DNA from: a virus
IMG/VR virus record: IMGVR_UViG_3300037420_000837
Span: 1-64,000 of that record
Length of the DNA: 64,000 nt
Strand: one strand, 5' to 3'
The notes beneath the pieces are model-generated. The model saw only the letters and a program-made list of their open reading frames with translations, did no database searches and was not told the origin of the DNA. Of this stretch, positions 26,840-36,269 are shown in pieces (the stretch's first letter is position 1; every line of letters starts with the position of its first letter). A program made the translations under genes and the position numbers.

Positions 26840-27040
26840 GTTTCCCGAGCCCACGACAGGGCAGGGGCTGTAGGGGCAGCTAATCCCCTAGGAGGTCTTC
26901 ACGACTCCGACATGCCAAGGGAGGTTCCTAACCAACCGATGGCTTGAGGTGAAACCTTAGCGCATCTTAGGAGGCCTATAGGAGTGTTGGAACGCTGAGA
27001 GCGTACGACTCAGTCCTGACTAAAAAAGTTCCATCACGCA

Positions 27041-27080
27041 AACGGGGCAACTGGGAGACGGTCAGCTCTGTCCCGTTTTA
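27041..27080 (+). terminator. putative rho-independent terminator
   Basis: AACGGGG...CCCCGTTTTAAAATTTTT imperfect stem plus T-runs. Confidence 0.4.
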
Positions 27081-27103
27081 AAATTTTTCGAGAAAGGGAA
27101 GCT

Positions 27104-27310
27104 ATGTGGAGGATGGTTCGGAGCCCCAAGGGGTTGATAGTCCTCGGGTTGTGTGTACTCAATGCGTGGGCGATTAACCGCGTGTTTGAGGTGGACTTCG
27201 AGTTCGACCCGGATGTGTGGTTGATATTGTTCGCCATCCTGTTTGGATTGGAGACTGTGTCTCTCTGGGGGCTCTACCATCTTCTGTTTTGGCTGTTGAG
27301 GGGTTTATGA
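27104..27310 (+). CDS. small membrane protein
   Basis: GAAAGGGAA SD then ATG; 68 aa, two TM. Confidence 0.4.
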   Translation: MWRMVRSPKGLIVLGLCVLNAWAINRVFEVDFEFDPDVWLILFAILFGLETVSLWGLYHLLFWLLRGL

Positions 27311-27720
27311 GCGAGGAAAAGAAAGAACAAGAAACACGTTATCGAGTGTTTGTCTACGGCACACTCAAGCGCGGAGGCAGGCTTCACGGGTGTATGGACA
27401 TGGAGGGGCCTAAGGGTGGCACCACGCGTTTCATCGACGAGTACACGCTCGGAGATGTCGAGATGTATAACCTTGGCTGGTACCCCGGGATTAAACAGAG
27501 AGCCGGTGGCAAGGTGCACGGCGAGCTCTACAGCGTGACTGAGGATGTACTCAAACGCTTGGATAGGGTTGAGGGAGCGCCGTTTCTCTACTCCCGCAAG
27601 GTCTTCAACGTGCCGTATAAGGGTGTGAAGATGGACATTCATACTTATGTCTTCAACGGCGAGGTCAACCCGAAGAACTTGATTGTTGATGGGGTGTGGA
27701 GGCCAGACCATGCTCGGTAA
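27307..27720 (+). CDS. gamma-glutamyl cyclotransferase (GGCT/AIG2-like)
   Basis: VFVYGTLKRG...GWYPG...GELY...LDRVEG...Y.R motifs. Confidence 0.6.
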   Translation: MSEEKKEQETRYRVFVYGTLKRGGRLHGCMDMEGPKGGTTRFIDEYTLGDVEMYNLGWYPGIKQRAGGKVHGELYSVTEDVLKRLDRVEGAPFLYSRKVFNVPYKGVKMDIHTYVFNGEVNPKNLIVDGVWRPDHAR

Positions 27721-28300
27721 AATACCGATGTGGTATTTCAAGGTGGTCAATCGTCCTTACGGGGCGCGGATGCCCAAGCGTGAGACGAAGGTGATGGACA
27801 TCGCGACAAAGTCGATTGTACCTATTCGGAGCCTCCATCAAACTCCGATTGGTTTTGTCCAGCCGCAAGGTATGGAGTCCCGCAAGAGCCACCAGCATGA
27901 ACGCCTACGGAGGCGTGGCAAAAACAAAAACATCGAGACCGGGAATCTGGGGCTGAGCGAATATCAGTTCTGGGTGGGCGTGAAAGGAGCTTCCACGCAG
28001 TTTGCGAGATGTCGAGCTTGCAATCAGGATACCTTCGGACCCAACGAGCGCAAGATGCACCACACGCTCTCTGGGCGGGAGGACCTTAGTTGTGCAGGTA
28101 AGTGCGTTATTATCTGTAACTTACTGGCCAAGGACAAGCAGTGCATCATCTGCGGGGACGGTGTGCACAAGAAGCGCTGGGGAGTCCCGATGTGTGCGCG
28201 CAAGGAGTGTGTCGAGAGCTTTATGTTTTCGCTTAGCCCGATGCCTTCGATGTGGATTCACGCGAGAGCCTTGGGGGCTCAACGAGGTTGGCAGAAATGA
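27710..28300 (+). CDS. Cys-rich protein
   Basis: several CxxC pairs (CRACNQ, CIICGDGVHKKRWGVPMCARKEC). Confidence 0.4.
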   Translation: MLGKIPMWYFKVVNRPYGARMPKRETKVMDIATKSIVPIRSLHQTPIGFVQPQGMESRKSHQHERLRRRGKNKNIETGNLGLSEYQFWVGVKGASTQFARCRACNQDTFGPNERKMHHTLSGREDLSCAGKCVIICNLLAKDKQCIICGDGVHKKRWGVPMCARKECVESFMFSLSPMPSMWIHARALGAQRGWQK

Positions 28301-28944
28301 AGAAGCATACCATTGACGGGATTTTCAAGAAGGGTCGGGGAGGGGTGGCTGCAAACGTGACAGGCACCATGCCAGCCCCGTTTCCGGGCAAATATCCCAC
28401 ACGGGTGTGCTTCAGTATCAAGGTGCACGGCAGACCCGAACGGATTGAGTACATCGGCAAGCCGAATGTGCAGATGATGTTGCGGTTCCATCGGTTTGTC
28501 GAGAGGGCGAGGTTGGATGGGTTTTTCTACTACGAGTTCGACCGCAAGAATATCGTAGCCCGGATGACGATGAGTTCTCGGGCCAGTTGCGAGAGGCTTC
28601 GGAGATACTATCATCCGTGGGCAGGGGTCTATAGCACCTACGAGGACTTCCTCAAGCCTTTCTATCGCAAGAAGGTTGGGGGAGCCACCTGCTACAGTCA
28701 ACACAAAGTCAACAAGATTTCGCAGGTCAATGAGTTCAAGGAGTGGCTGGTGAGCCAAGGCTTGGCTCCGGGGCATATCCTAACCAAGAAGCCTGCTCCG
28801 AAGAAACCGAAGACTATTGAGTGGCGCTACAACTGCGGGAATTGTGGGCATTCCTACCAGAGATTGAGTAAGCCCGAAAGTCTGGTAGTTCGTTGTAGCC
28901 TCTGTGGAGCATTCACAAGTTGGACGGAAAAGAAATCTCTATGA
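28297..28944 (+). CDS. hypothetical protein with C-terminal zinc ribbon
   Basis: CGNCGH...CSLCG at C-terminus. Confidence 0.4.
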   Translation: MKKHTIDGIFKKGRGGVAANVTGTMPAPFPGKYPTRVCFSIKVHGRPERIEYIGKPNVQMMLRFHRFVERARLDGFFYYEFDRKNIVARMTMSSRASCERLRRYYHPWAGVYSTYEDFLKPFYRKKVGGATCYSQHKVNKISQVNEFKEWLVSQGLAPGHILTKKPAPKKPKTIEWRYNCGNCGHSYQRLSKPESLVVRCSLCGAFTSWTEKKSL

Positions 28945-30455
28945 TTTGCACCGAAGAACGGAAAAAGTTTTTCACTGAGGCTGTGGGCAAGGGCTGGCGG
29001 GAGTTGAGCGAGGTTCCGGTGAACTTCCTCCCGGAGGTGCCCGAGCATGTCAAGCTGAAGTGGCTGAAGATTCTAAAGACCAGCAGGGTACCGAAGTATC
29101 CGGTGAACCCTCGACTGGTCAATCATTTTACTCTCGGGGCCGACCCCGAGTTTGTGTTGTATGACCCAACGAGCGGGTCCAGAATGGACGGGAATCGGTT
29201 GGGGCTGCGGACTGGCATGGCCTATGGGGTGGATTCCAATGGTCGTTTGCTGGAAATCAGACCCTGTCCCAGTCGGTTTGCCTTAGAGGTTCTGGCTAGC
29301 ACGCTGGTGACTCTTAGATGGTTCGCTCTGACGGTGCCTCAAGCTCTTGATTTCCAGTGGCGTTCGGGGGCATTTGTCTTGCGAGATGGTCTGGGAGGGC
29401 ACGTGCATCTGGGTAGGAAGACCGCGAACCGTAAGGTTGAAGTGGAAGCTCTGGACAGGGTGTTCCACCTATTGAACGGTTTAGGGGTGTTCCCGCAAGA
29501 TGAGTGCCAAGCACGGAGGGCAGGCGACCAGTTCAATCAGCGGTACGGACTAGACGGAGACATACGACTCCAAAAGCACGGGTATGAGTATCGGACCTTG
29601 CCAAGTTGGCTGGATTCCCCGTGGACGGCATATCTTTGCCTTGTATTGTCCAAGCTGGTCGCCCATGACCCTGCGATTTTTCACAACCTGCACAAGGGTA
29701 CGGTCTCGAAAGGGGGACAGACGAGGATTCTCAATCTGTTCCGAAAGTATGCAGGGCTGGATGACGATGCGGCGATTGCCGCGAGTGTACTGGAAAGACA
29801 TGGGTTGCCGAGCTTTCAGGGTGGCGACTTCAAGACTCGCTGGGGGTTGACCTACGCGAAGGATGCCCTGAAGGATAGGAATATCCAGATTCCGGGCAAC
29901 ATCAAGCCGAGTGCTGAGGAGATGCGGGAGCTGTTTTGTAGCTTGATGAACAATACTCCCTTGCACGCCACCATGCCTAAGGCTTACTGGCCGACACATC
30001 TGCCGAGTGGGTATCAGACGGTGTTGAGCTACACGGATACCACGAGGGTTGCGGGGCTGGGGGAAGTGCTAGCTGAGATGGTGGTCGAGTCGAAGCACGC
30101 CTTTCAATTCACGCACTCTGAGAGCATCACGGATTATTTGAGGGTGAGCTTGGATGTGGTCAAGAGCTTGCCGAAGAACTGGCGACAGCTTTGCGCGAAG
30201 GCGAGTGGCTTGCCGGAAGAGAGGTTCCGGGCCTATGACCAAGGCAAGAACGCGATTTTTATCGGGCGAGACGCGAGAACAAGCACGCACTTGAGAGCCG
30301 TGCGGAGGGCCTTGTTGAGTGAGGCTTTCCCGATTTGGAAGTTTGACGAGGTGAAGTCTGAGAGTTATTCGTGGTGGGTGGAGAAGAATACCCGCGAAAA
30401 GAAAGAGAAGCCTCGGAAGTTTGCCTCGAAGGTAATCTACGAGCGAGGCAAGTAG
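28920..30455 (+). CDS. amidoligase-like protein, paralog 2
   Basis: LGADPEFVLYD, LLEIRPCP, LGGHVHLGRK motifs shared with 23205 and 34791. Confidence 0.5.
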   Translation: MDGKEISMICTEERKKFFTEAVGKGWRELSEVPVNFLPEVPEHVKLKWLKILKTSRVPKYPVNPRLVNHFTLGADPEFVLYDPTSGSRMDGNRLGLRTGMAYGVDSNGRLLEIRPCPSRFALEVLASTLVTLRWFALTVPQALDFQWRSGAFVLRDGLGGHVHLGRKTANRKVEVEALDRVFHLLNGLGVFPQDECQARRAGDQFNQRYGLDGDIRLQKHGYEYRTLPSWLDSPWTAYLCLVLSKLVAHDPAIFHNLHKGTVSKGGQTRILNLFRKYAGLDDDAAIAASVLERHGLPSFQGGDFKTRWGLTYAKDALKDRNIQIPGNIKPSAEEMRELFCSLMNNTPLHATMPKAYWPTHLPSGYQTVLSYTDTTRVAGLGEVLAEMVVESKHAFQFTHSESITDYLRVSLDVVKSLPKNWRQLCAKASGLPEERFRAYDQGKNAIFIGRDARTSTHLRAVRRALLSEAFPIWKFDEVKSESYSWWVEKNTREKKEKPRKFASKVIYERGK

Positions 30456-30465
30456 GAGGACGAGA

Positions 30466-31497
30466 ATGTGTGGAATCGGTGGGTTTTACCGTTATGGTGA
30501 CACGCCAATAGACATTGACCAAATCAAGGCGCTGTTGTGTCAGTTGGAGCGCCGAGGCAATCACGCAACCGGGATTGCGTTGCAGGACGAGAAGGGGGAA
30601 GTGTTTGTGTGTAAGGCCCCGACTCCTGCGTGGAACTTTGCCGCAGGCAAGGAGTTTGAGGTCTTCATGACGAAGTACTTCAACGAGCGCACGAGGATTG
30701 CGCTGCTCCATACGCGGGCTGCGACTATCGGGAACCCGAATAAGAACGAAAACAATCACCCGATGTTTGCCGGGAAGGCCGCGATTGTCCACAACGGGAG
30801 TATCAACAACCACTCCTACTGGTTCAGCCAGAACAAAGACTGGGAGCGCAAGGCCGAGACAGACAGCGATGTCATTCGGGCGGTGGTGGATGAGCTAGGG
30901 ATTACTCCGGAGGCCATCAGGTATTTGAGTCGGTTCTCGGGAAGTGCGGCCATCATGGCGGTCAGTCCGGAGTATCCGGGGAAGCTGTTGGTAGGCCGGT
31001 CAGGCAAGCCTCTCACGATGGGCTGGAACGAGAAGGAGCAGATGCTCGCGTTCGCCTCTGAGAAGGAGATGCTCTACCACGCGACCAAGCCGCTCAAGGT
31101 GGCGCTGGGGTTTGTCTTTGCTGGCAATCGGAATGATTACATGTACTTCACCATCCCGGCAGACACGATGTACATCGTGGGCGAGAAGGGTAAGGAGTTC
31201 CACGATAACCTGCGGATTGCCAGCTATACCACAGGGGAGATGGTCTATCGGTGCAATGAGACTTACCACGAGACCAAGAAGCGCTTTGACCGGGAGACAC
31301 CTCCGCCCAAGCGAGAAGTAGTGACGGTCGATGAAGGGCCGTTGTATGTGAACTCCAAGCTGGACGTGGTGAGATGTCGGAATACCAAGTGCAACAACCT
31401 CATGGAGCTGGACGAGAAGCTCAAGAAGGAGCCACTCTGGGAGTTGGCTTGTGACAAGTGTGGAACCTACCTGATGGAGGAGCCGAAGAAGGCTTAG
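30466..31497 (+). CDS. class-II (Ntn) glutamine amidotransferase domain protein
   Basis: MCGIGGF N-terminal nucleophile Cys2; AGGAGGA SD. Confidence 0.65.
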   Translation: MCGIGGFYRYGDTPIDIDQIKALLCQLERRGNHATGIALQDEKGEVFVCKAPTPAWNFAAGKEFEVFMTKYFNERTRIALLHTRAATIGNPNKNENNHPMFAGKAAIVHNGSINNHSYWFSQNKDWERKAETDSDVIRAVVDELGITPEAIRYLSRFSGSAAIMAVSPEYPGKLLVGRSGKPLTMGWNEKEQMLAFASEKEMLYHATKPLKVALGFVFAGNRNDYMYFTIPADTMYIVGEKGKEFHDNLRIASYTTGEMVYRCNETYHETKKRFDRETPPPKREVVTVDEGPLYVNSKLDVVRCRNTKCNNLMELDEKLKKEPLWELACDKCGTYLMEEPKKA

Positions 31498-31761
31498 GGG
31501 ATGAAGAAGAAGCATCGTGAGAAGGGTTTCACGGCGTTCGAGTGGGTGGGGCTGCCGTGTAAGCCGGTGCCGAAAACGAAACGAGAGAAACGTGAAAAAG
31601 CAGACGATTCCCGGCAAGGGACTGGGAAAGGTGTTCACTCTGTGCCTTATCGGGAGCAGGGTAAGTAAGCATAAGAGACGCAGGAGTTTCTGTGTCAGGT
31701 GTGGGCATTGTTTCAAGTGTGGCTGGGCACACCCTCACACGGGAAGGAACGGGCACGTAGG

Positions 31762-32214
31762 ATGAAAGAGCTTGTTGAGAAGTACAAGGAACAAATCACG
31801 GCCATTCTCGGGCACAACCGATGGCGGTTGGGAAATGTAGACTACAAAGTCAACTACAGCGACAAGCTTGACCTCGGGAAGTATGCCTTGTGGGTTCGGG
31901 TGAACTCAGTTGACCCGACAGAGACCAAGGTCGCAAGCTTTGAGCTGCACCCGATGATTAACTGCTGCGGGATTTGTGTGTCTTCGAGAGCTGAAGTGCA
32001 CAAGGATTTTCAAGGTAACGGTCTCGGGACGCTTCTCAACTCTTTTCGGGTGGATGTTGCACGCTATCTCGGGTACGGAGTCCTGCTTTGCACGGACGTG
32101 TCAACCAACGAACCTCAGCGCAAGATTCTTAAAGCCAACGGGTGGAAGGACGTGTATCAGTTCTTAAACCCGCGAACGAAGAACAGGGTATTCATCTCGG
32201 TAATAAATCTATGA
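31762..32214 (+). CDS. GNAT-fold N-acetyltransferase-like protein
   Basis: VHKDFQGNGLGTLL acetyl-CoA-binding-like motif. Confidence 0.5.
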   Translation: MKELVEKYKEQITAILGHNRWRLGNVDYKVNYSDKLDLGKYALWVRVNSVDPTETKVASFELHPMINCCGICVSSRAEVHKDFQGNGLGTLLNSFRVDVARYLGYGVLLCTDVSTNEPQRKILKANGWKDVYQFLNPRTKNRVFISVINL

Positions 32215-33044
32215 TTCGACTGGTAGTCGCAAAAGGCAGCAGACCCACGGGAAACACTCTCTCAAACCTGCTGAGAACCGAACACAACCTCCAGCTCGGA
32301 GAAGCTGGGCGAGGAGTCGTGAGTTATGGAGTTCCATACGGAGGAAATCTCCCAGCCCTCAACGCAAACGCAGGACGACTGGATAAGTTGGAACAAGGCC
32401 TGCGCTTGGCATCTGCTGGGGTTAGCGTTGTTCCACATCTCGATTCTGCTGCTGCTCTCCGCCACAATGGGGTTCTCTTGGCTCGCAAGCGCAATCATGT
32501 TGGCGGTCGGGACATTATGCTGGTACTTGAGCCTGAGGACATCCCGCACCGACTCCGAGCAGGAGCCCAGTTCTTTACTCCTTATATCCGAAGCCAAGCC
32601 GAGTATCGAGTCTGGACCTACCGAGGACAACATCTGGGAACTTATCAGAAGGTCCTAGCCCATCCGGAGAGATACAAGAAAGTGGGGCGGAACTATGACA
32701 ACGGCTTTGCGTTCCAGCTTGTCCGAGAGGCGCAGATACCACGAGCGGCGGTGGAACTGGCGAGTCAAGCCGTTGAGGCTTTGGCTCTCGATTTCGGCGC
32801 GGTCGATATCTTACACGGACGGGACGGAAGGTTCTACGTGTTGGAAGTTAACACTGCACCGGGGGTCGAAGGGGAAGGCAGGCAGGTCATTCAAGCGCTT
32901 GCTCGTAAAATCGCTCGCTGGGAAGAGTTAGGGTATCCGGCTAGGAATGGAAGCCCGGAGGCTGCGGCTAAGAAGGCTGCCAAGGAGAAGAGGCCCCTAA
33001 AGGACTTAGCAGGAGAGCGGAGGACACAACTCCGGAGGTGGTGA
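32211..33044 (+). CDS. ATP-grasp ligase (RimK-like)
   Basis: GAVDILHGRDGRFYVLEVNTAPG ATP-grasp C-terminal signature; ATG overlaps upstream TGA. Confidence 0.65.
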   Translation: MIRLVVAKGSRPTGNTLSNLLRTEHNLQLGEAGRGVVSYGVPYGGNLPALNANAGRLDKLEQGLRLASAGVSVVPHLDSAAALRHNGVLLARKRNHVGGRDIMLVLEPEDIPHRLRAGAQFFTPYIRSQAEYRVWTYRGQHLGTYQKVLAHPERYKKVGRNYDNGFAFQLVREAQIPRAAVELASQAVEALALDFGAVDILHGRDGRFYVLEVNTAPGVEGEGRQVIQALARKIARWEELGYPARNGSPEAAAKKAAKEKRPLKDLAGERRTQLRRW

Positions 33045-33047
33045 GAG

Positions 33048-33686
33048 TTGAGTACTAAAGTTCGCATGATTTACCGAGACGCCCGGGGAGGCATAACCTC
33101 CGGGCGTTTTGCTGTGAATGCCATTAGGACGGAAGCATCGAGGAATGGCTTGATGCTGCCGGATGCTTTGGCGAGGACAGCGCCTGTCTGGAGACAGATG
33201 CAGTGGCTTGTAGAGCACATGCCAGACAGAGGGGTGATTGTCACTCCAGCGTTGAAGATTTGGCGCGAGGCTCGGAGGATTCCGGGCTATCGCAGTGAGT
33301 ATATCCAAGGGTGTAAGCGGAGTGGACTGAGCCAGAAGCTCCGGACAGCTGAGGAACAACAGAGATACATTGAAGCCCGAGAGCGCAGGGACAGGGTGAG
33401 ATTGGGGCTGAGGTTTGAGACTCCGGCTCCTAGGTTGCGAATTGACCCCTTGAATGGGCGGGTGGTGCTTGGGAATACCCGTAGGGCGCAACCGCCAAGG
33501 CAAGTGCAAACGGTATTGGAGCGTAACGCCGAGAGAGCAAGACGTGAGCAAGTTCGGTTTACAACCCCTGATGCTGCTGCGACGCTAACTGCCGAGCAAA
33601 TCAGGCGGATGCAAATTGTGCAAGACGCGTTGAATACCGCAACAGGTTCTCCAACATGGACAGTCCCCAGAACCGAGGAATTATAA
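33048..33686 (+). CDS. hypothetical basic protein
   Basis: 212 aa, Arg-rich. Confidence 0.4.
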   Translation: MSTKVRMIYRDARGGITSGRFAVNAIRTEASRNGLMLPDALARTAPVWRQMQWLVEHMPDRGVIVTPALKIWREARRIPGYRSEYIQGCKRSGLSQKLRTAEEQQRYIEARERRDRVRLGLRFETPAPRLRIDPLNGRVVLGNTRRAQPPRQVQTVLERNAERARREQVRFTTPDAAATLTAEQIRRMQIVQDALNTATGSPTWTVPRTEEL

Positions 33687-34271
33687 ATGGAAACCCCGGA
33701 GGCATATATCACACAGGTGGTACGGAGGATAACCCCTCAAGGTCCCATTTGGAAGTGTAAGGTTCACGGGGATATTCCGGAAGCTTACATGCTCAGGGGT
33801 GGAGTGGTGGTGCCGTATTGTGGACAGTGCCTGCTCCAGACCCCTGAGGTGAGCTTTGGCAAGGTGGTGTTAAAGAAACGCTGGAGACCGTTTGGAGGTA
33901 GCTCCCGAGGCTACATGTTTCGGGACGGCAAATACCACTGCAGACAGTGTTTCGAGGCCTTTGAGTACATCACCGCTTACGACAACCATCTCGAAGGATG
34001 TGTCGGCAGAGGAATCGGGAGCTTTCGAGTCAACGACAGACGCAGGGTTTCAGCTGACCCAAGCACAGCAAGCCGAATCACCTCGCAAGAAGGTGACCAC
34101 TACTGCACCCTCAGAAACTGCTGGAAGGTCTCCTGCCTGTTCCCGTGTGCAAGCTGCAACCAACACTTTTGCATTGCTCACATGGCTCATTATGCAGTTG
34201 ACACTCCGCTCACAAATCTCTGCGAAGTCTGCGCCAGTGTTGAAGAGTACGCAACCAAGGTCACCCCATGA
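33687..34271 (+). CDS. Cys-rich zinc-binding protein (possible anti-sigma/regulator)
   Basis: multiple CxxC; stop overlaps sigma-factor start. Confidence 0.4.
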   Translation: METPEAYITQVVRRITPQGPIWKCKVHGDIPEAYMLRGGVVVPYCGQCLLQTPEVSFGKVVLKKRWRPFGGSSRGYMFRDGKYHCRQCFEAFEYITAYDNHLEGCVGRGIGSFRVNDRRRVSADPSTASRITSQEGDHYCTLRNCWKVSCLFPCASCNQHFCIAHMAHYAVDTPLTNLCEVCASVEEYATKVTP

Positions 34272-34837
34272 GTGAACAGAATAAGGCGTTTGAAACATGG
34301 AAGCAAGCCAAGGGAACTGAAACCGAGAAAGCAGCCGAGGAGAGGCTGATTAAAGCCCTGAGGAGATATGCCACAAAAATCTGTTGGAACATTCTCAAAG
34401 AAGCCAATCAAGACGTTGTCTCAGCTTCGGTCTTTCAAGCCCTTCAATTCGCTGATGGATTCCGAGGAGACGGAAAATTCTCTACGTGGTTCTATTCTGT
34501 CGTTAAACGGAATTGTCTCTCTGCCATTAGGAAGCGTAAGCGCAGGGCTGAGATTGGAATTGATGACCTGTCTGGGGCGCAGGTCAAACAGCTACCTGTA
34601 CGAGAGGTATCAGACGACGCCATCGCCCTCCGAGAGGTTACCGGAAGGCTGGCTGCTCACGAGCGTGAGTTTCTTGAGTTGAAGGCACACGGGGCGAGCG
34701 ACGAGGAGATTGCTCGGGCGTTGAACATCAAAGAAGGGACTGTGAGGGTGCGGTGGAGTAGGCTTCGGAAGAAGTTGCGAGGGGCGTTGAATGGCGAGGA
34801 AATCAAACTTTCTGAACGCGTTTCTGGTGGGATGTGA
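34268..34837 (+). CDS. sigma-70 family (ECF-like) sigma factor
   Basis: region 2 (FSTWFYSVVKRNCLSAIRKRKR) and region 4 HTH (EEIARALNIKEGTVRVRWSRLRKKLR). Confidence 0.7.
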   Translation: MSEQNKAFETWKQAKGTETEKAAEERLIKALRRYATKICWNILKEANQDVVSASVFQALQFADGFRGDGKFSTWFYSVVKRNCLSAIRKRKRRAEIGIDDLSGAQVKQLPVREVSDDAIALREVTGRLAAHEREFLELKAHGASDEEIARALNIKEGTVRVRWSRLRKKLRGALNGEEIKLSERVSGGM

Positions 34838-35558
34838 CCCAGAGGTCGTGTGTGTGGATGCAGCGGGGAATCAGGTGCATGTGGACAGGACTATCACCAA
34901 GGATGGGCAGATAGGCTGGGACCACGGCGGAAGGGTGATGGAGTTTAGACCGACCCCGCACAAGGGTACCTACACCTTGGTCAAGGATATCAAGGAGCTG
35001 ATTACAGGAGCTCCGGCGGGCATCCGCAAGTATCGTTGGTTGTCGGGAGCTTATGTCAAGTTCCCCAACGAAGCAGGAGAGAGTCTCGGCGGCCATGTCT
35101 GGTTGGACTTGAACCCGAACTCGGCTATCCAGTCCACCAGAGTCAAGGCGTTAGACCGACTGACCGAGAGCCTTGAGAGACTGGATATCCTGCCTCGGCA
35201 GGAGTGCATTGTCAGGCGGAGAGGAAAGTACGGGAAGTTTGCAGACGTGCGCACGGTGCAGGGGGACAGGCCGAGGTTTGAGTATCGCACGATGGCGAGT
35301 TGGATGTATAACCCCGCGACTGCGTTCCTGTGCCTGACGGCTGCCAAGATGGCTGCGTATGACCCCGAAGGGGCAGCTAAAGCTCTCAAGCCTGAAGAGG
35401 CGAGCTGGAAGGGTTTGACGGAGTGGTTGGAGGGTTATGCCGAAGACTGCAACGTAGCGAGGTTGAGCGAGAAAGTATTTCCAAAAGGTCTCAAGAAAGT
35501 TCAGTACCACCCGGATGTGGATGTCAAAGAGGCGTGGGCTGGGAAACTGGGGTTCTAG
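34791..35558 (+). CDS. amidoligase-like protein, paralog 3 (short)
   Basis: VGCDPEVVCVD, VMEFRPTP, LGGHVWLDLN motifs. Confidence 0.5.
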   Translation: MARKSNFLNAFLVGCDPEVVCVDAAGNQVHVDRTITKDGQIGWDHGGRVMEFRPTPHKGTYTLVKDIKELITGAPAGIRKYRWLSGAYVKFPNEAGESLGGHVWLDLNPNSAIQSTRVKALDRLTESLERLDILPRQECIVRRRGKYGKFADVRTVQGDRPRFEYRTMASWMYNPATAFLCLTAAKMAAYDPEGAAKALKPEEASWKGLTEWLEGYAEDCNVARLSEKVFPKGLKKVQYHPDVDVKEAWAGKLGF

Positions 35559-35716
35559 TGGAGTGCAAGCACGCGAACATTGTTTCAAGCCTCCTCACGA
35601 AAGAAAAAGAGGGGGAGTTGTATTTACGCATGGTTCATACTTGTCAGAGTTGTGAGAAGGAAGTCTCTGACGAACATTTTCAAATGCTGATGAAGAAAGG
35701 CCATGTCTTGCCATGA
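35558..35716 (+). CDS. small CxxC protein (52 aa, GTG start)
   Basis: HTCQSCEKE motif; overlaps upstream stop by 1 nt. Confidence 0.3.
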   Translation: MECKHANIVSSLLTKEKEGELYLRMVHTCQSCEKEVSDEHFQMLMKKGHVLP

Positions 35717-35895
35717 CTCTTTGTAGTAAGTGTGGGGACGAAATCGTACCCGGATTCGGATGCAGGTGCACGTTCTTAGCGGTTCCCAAAGGGGAGCAGT
35801 TATTGAGCCAGCCTGTCCGGCGTCCTCGAACCATCAACCGCACTCGTGAGTTCGGGTATCACGAGGTTCACGATGAAGGAGTAGACACATGTTGA
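35713..35895 (+). CDS. small CxxC zinc-ribbon protein
   Basis: CSKCGDE...CRC. Confidence 0.35.
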   Translation: MTLCSKCGDEIVPGFGCRCTFLAVPKGEQLLSQPVRRPRTINRTREFGYHEVHDEGVDTC

Positions 35896-36269
35896 AGCAT
35901 ATTCGCGTTGGGCATTTTGTCCTACCGGTGATTCTAGGGGGCATCATTACCTTGATTGCGGTCGGGGCAGTTATGCCGAACATCGCGTTTCATAAGAATC
36001 CCCCCCAGACCTTGGACCTGAAGTTCCATGTGCTGGCGGTGGATGAGTGCGCAGGGTGTGTTGCGGGGGCGAGCCACGAGAAGTACGAGCTGAAGGTGCT
36101 GTATGACAACCGAGCAGTATCACAGTTCCCCGTCTGCCGCACGAAGAACAAGGAAATTCACGAGCCTATCCGGACAACCGGCGGGGCTTGGCACGTCACC
36201 ATGCGGGGTTGGGTGGCTTCTCCCTACGGGGATGATTGCTACACGATTCTGAGCGCGGAGAAGTTGTAA
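35889..36269 (+). CDS. membrane-anchored Cys-rich protein
   Basis: N-terminal TM helix then Cys-containing domain. Confidence 0.45.
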   Translation: MLKHIRVGHFVLPVILGGIITLIAVGAVMPNIAFHKNPPQTLDLKFHVLAVDECAGCVAGASHEKYELKVLYDNRAVSQFPVCRTKNKEIHEPIRTTGGAWHVTMRGWVASPYGDDCYTILSAEKL

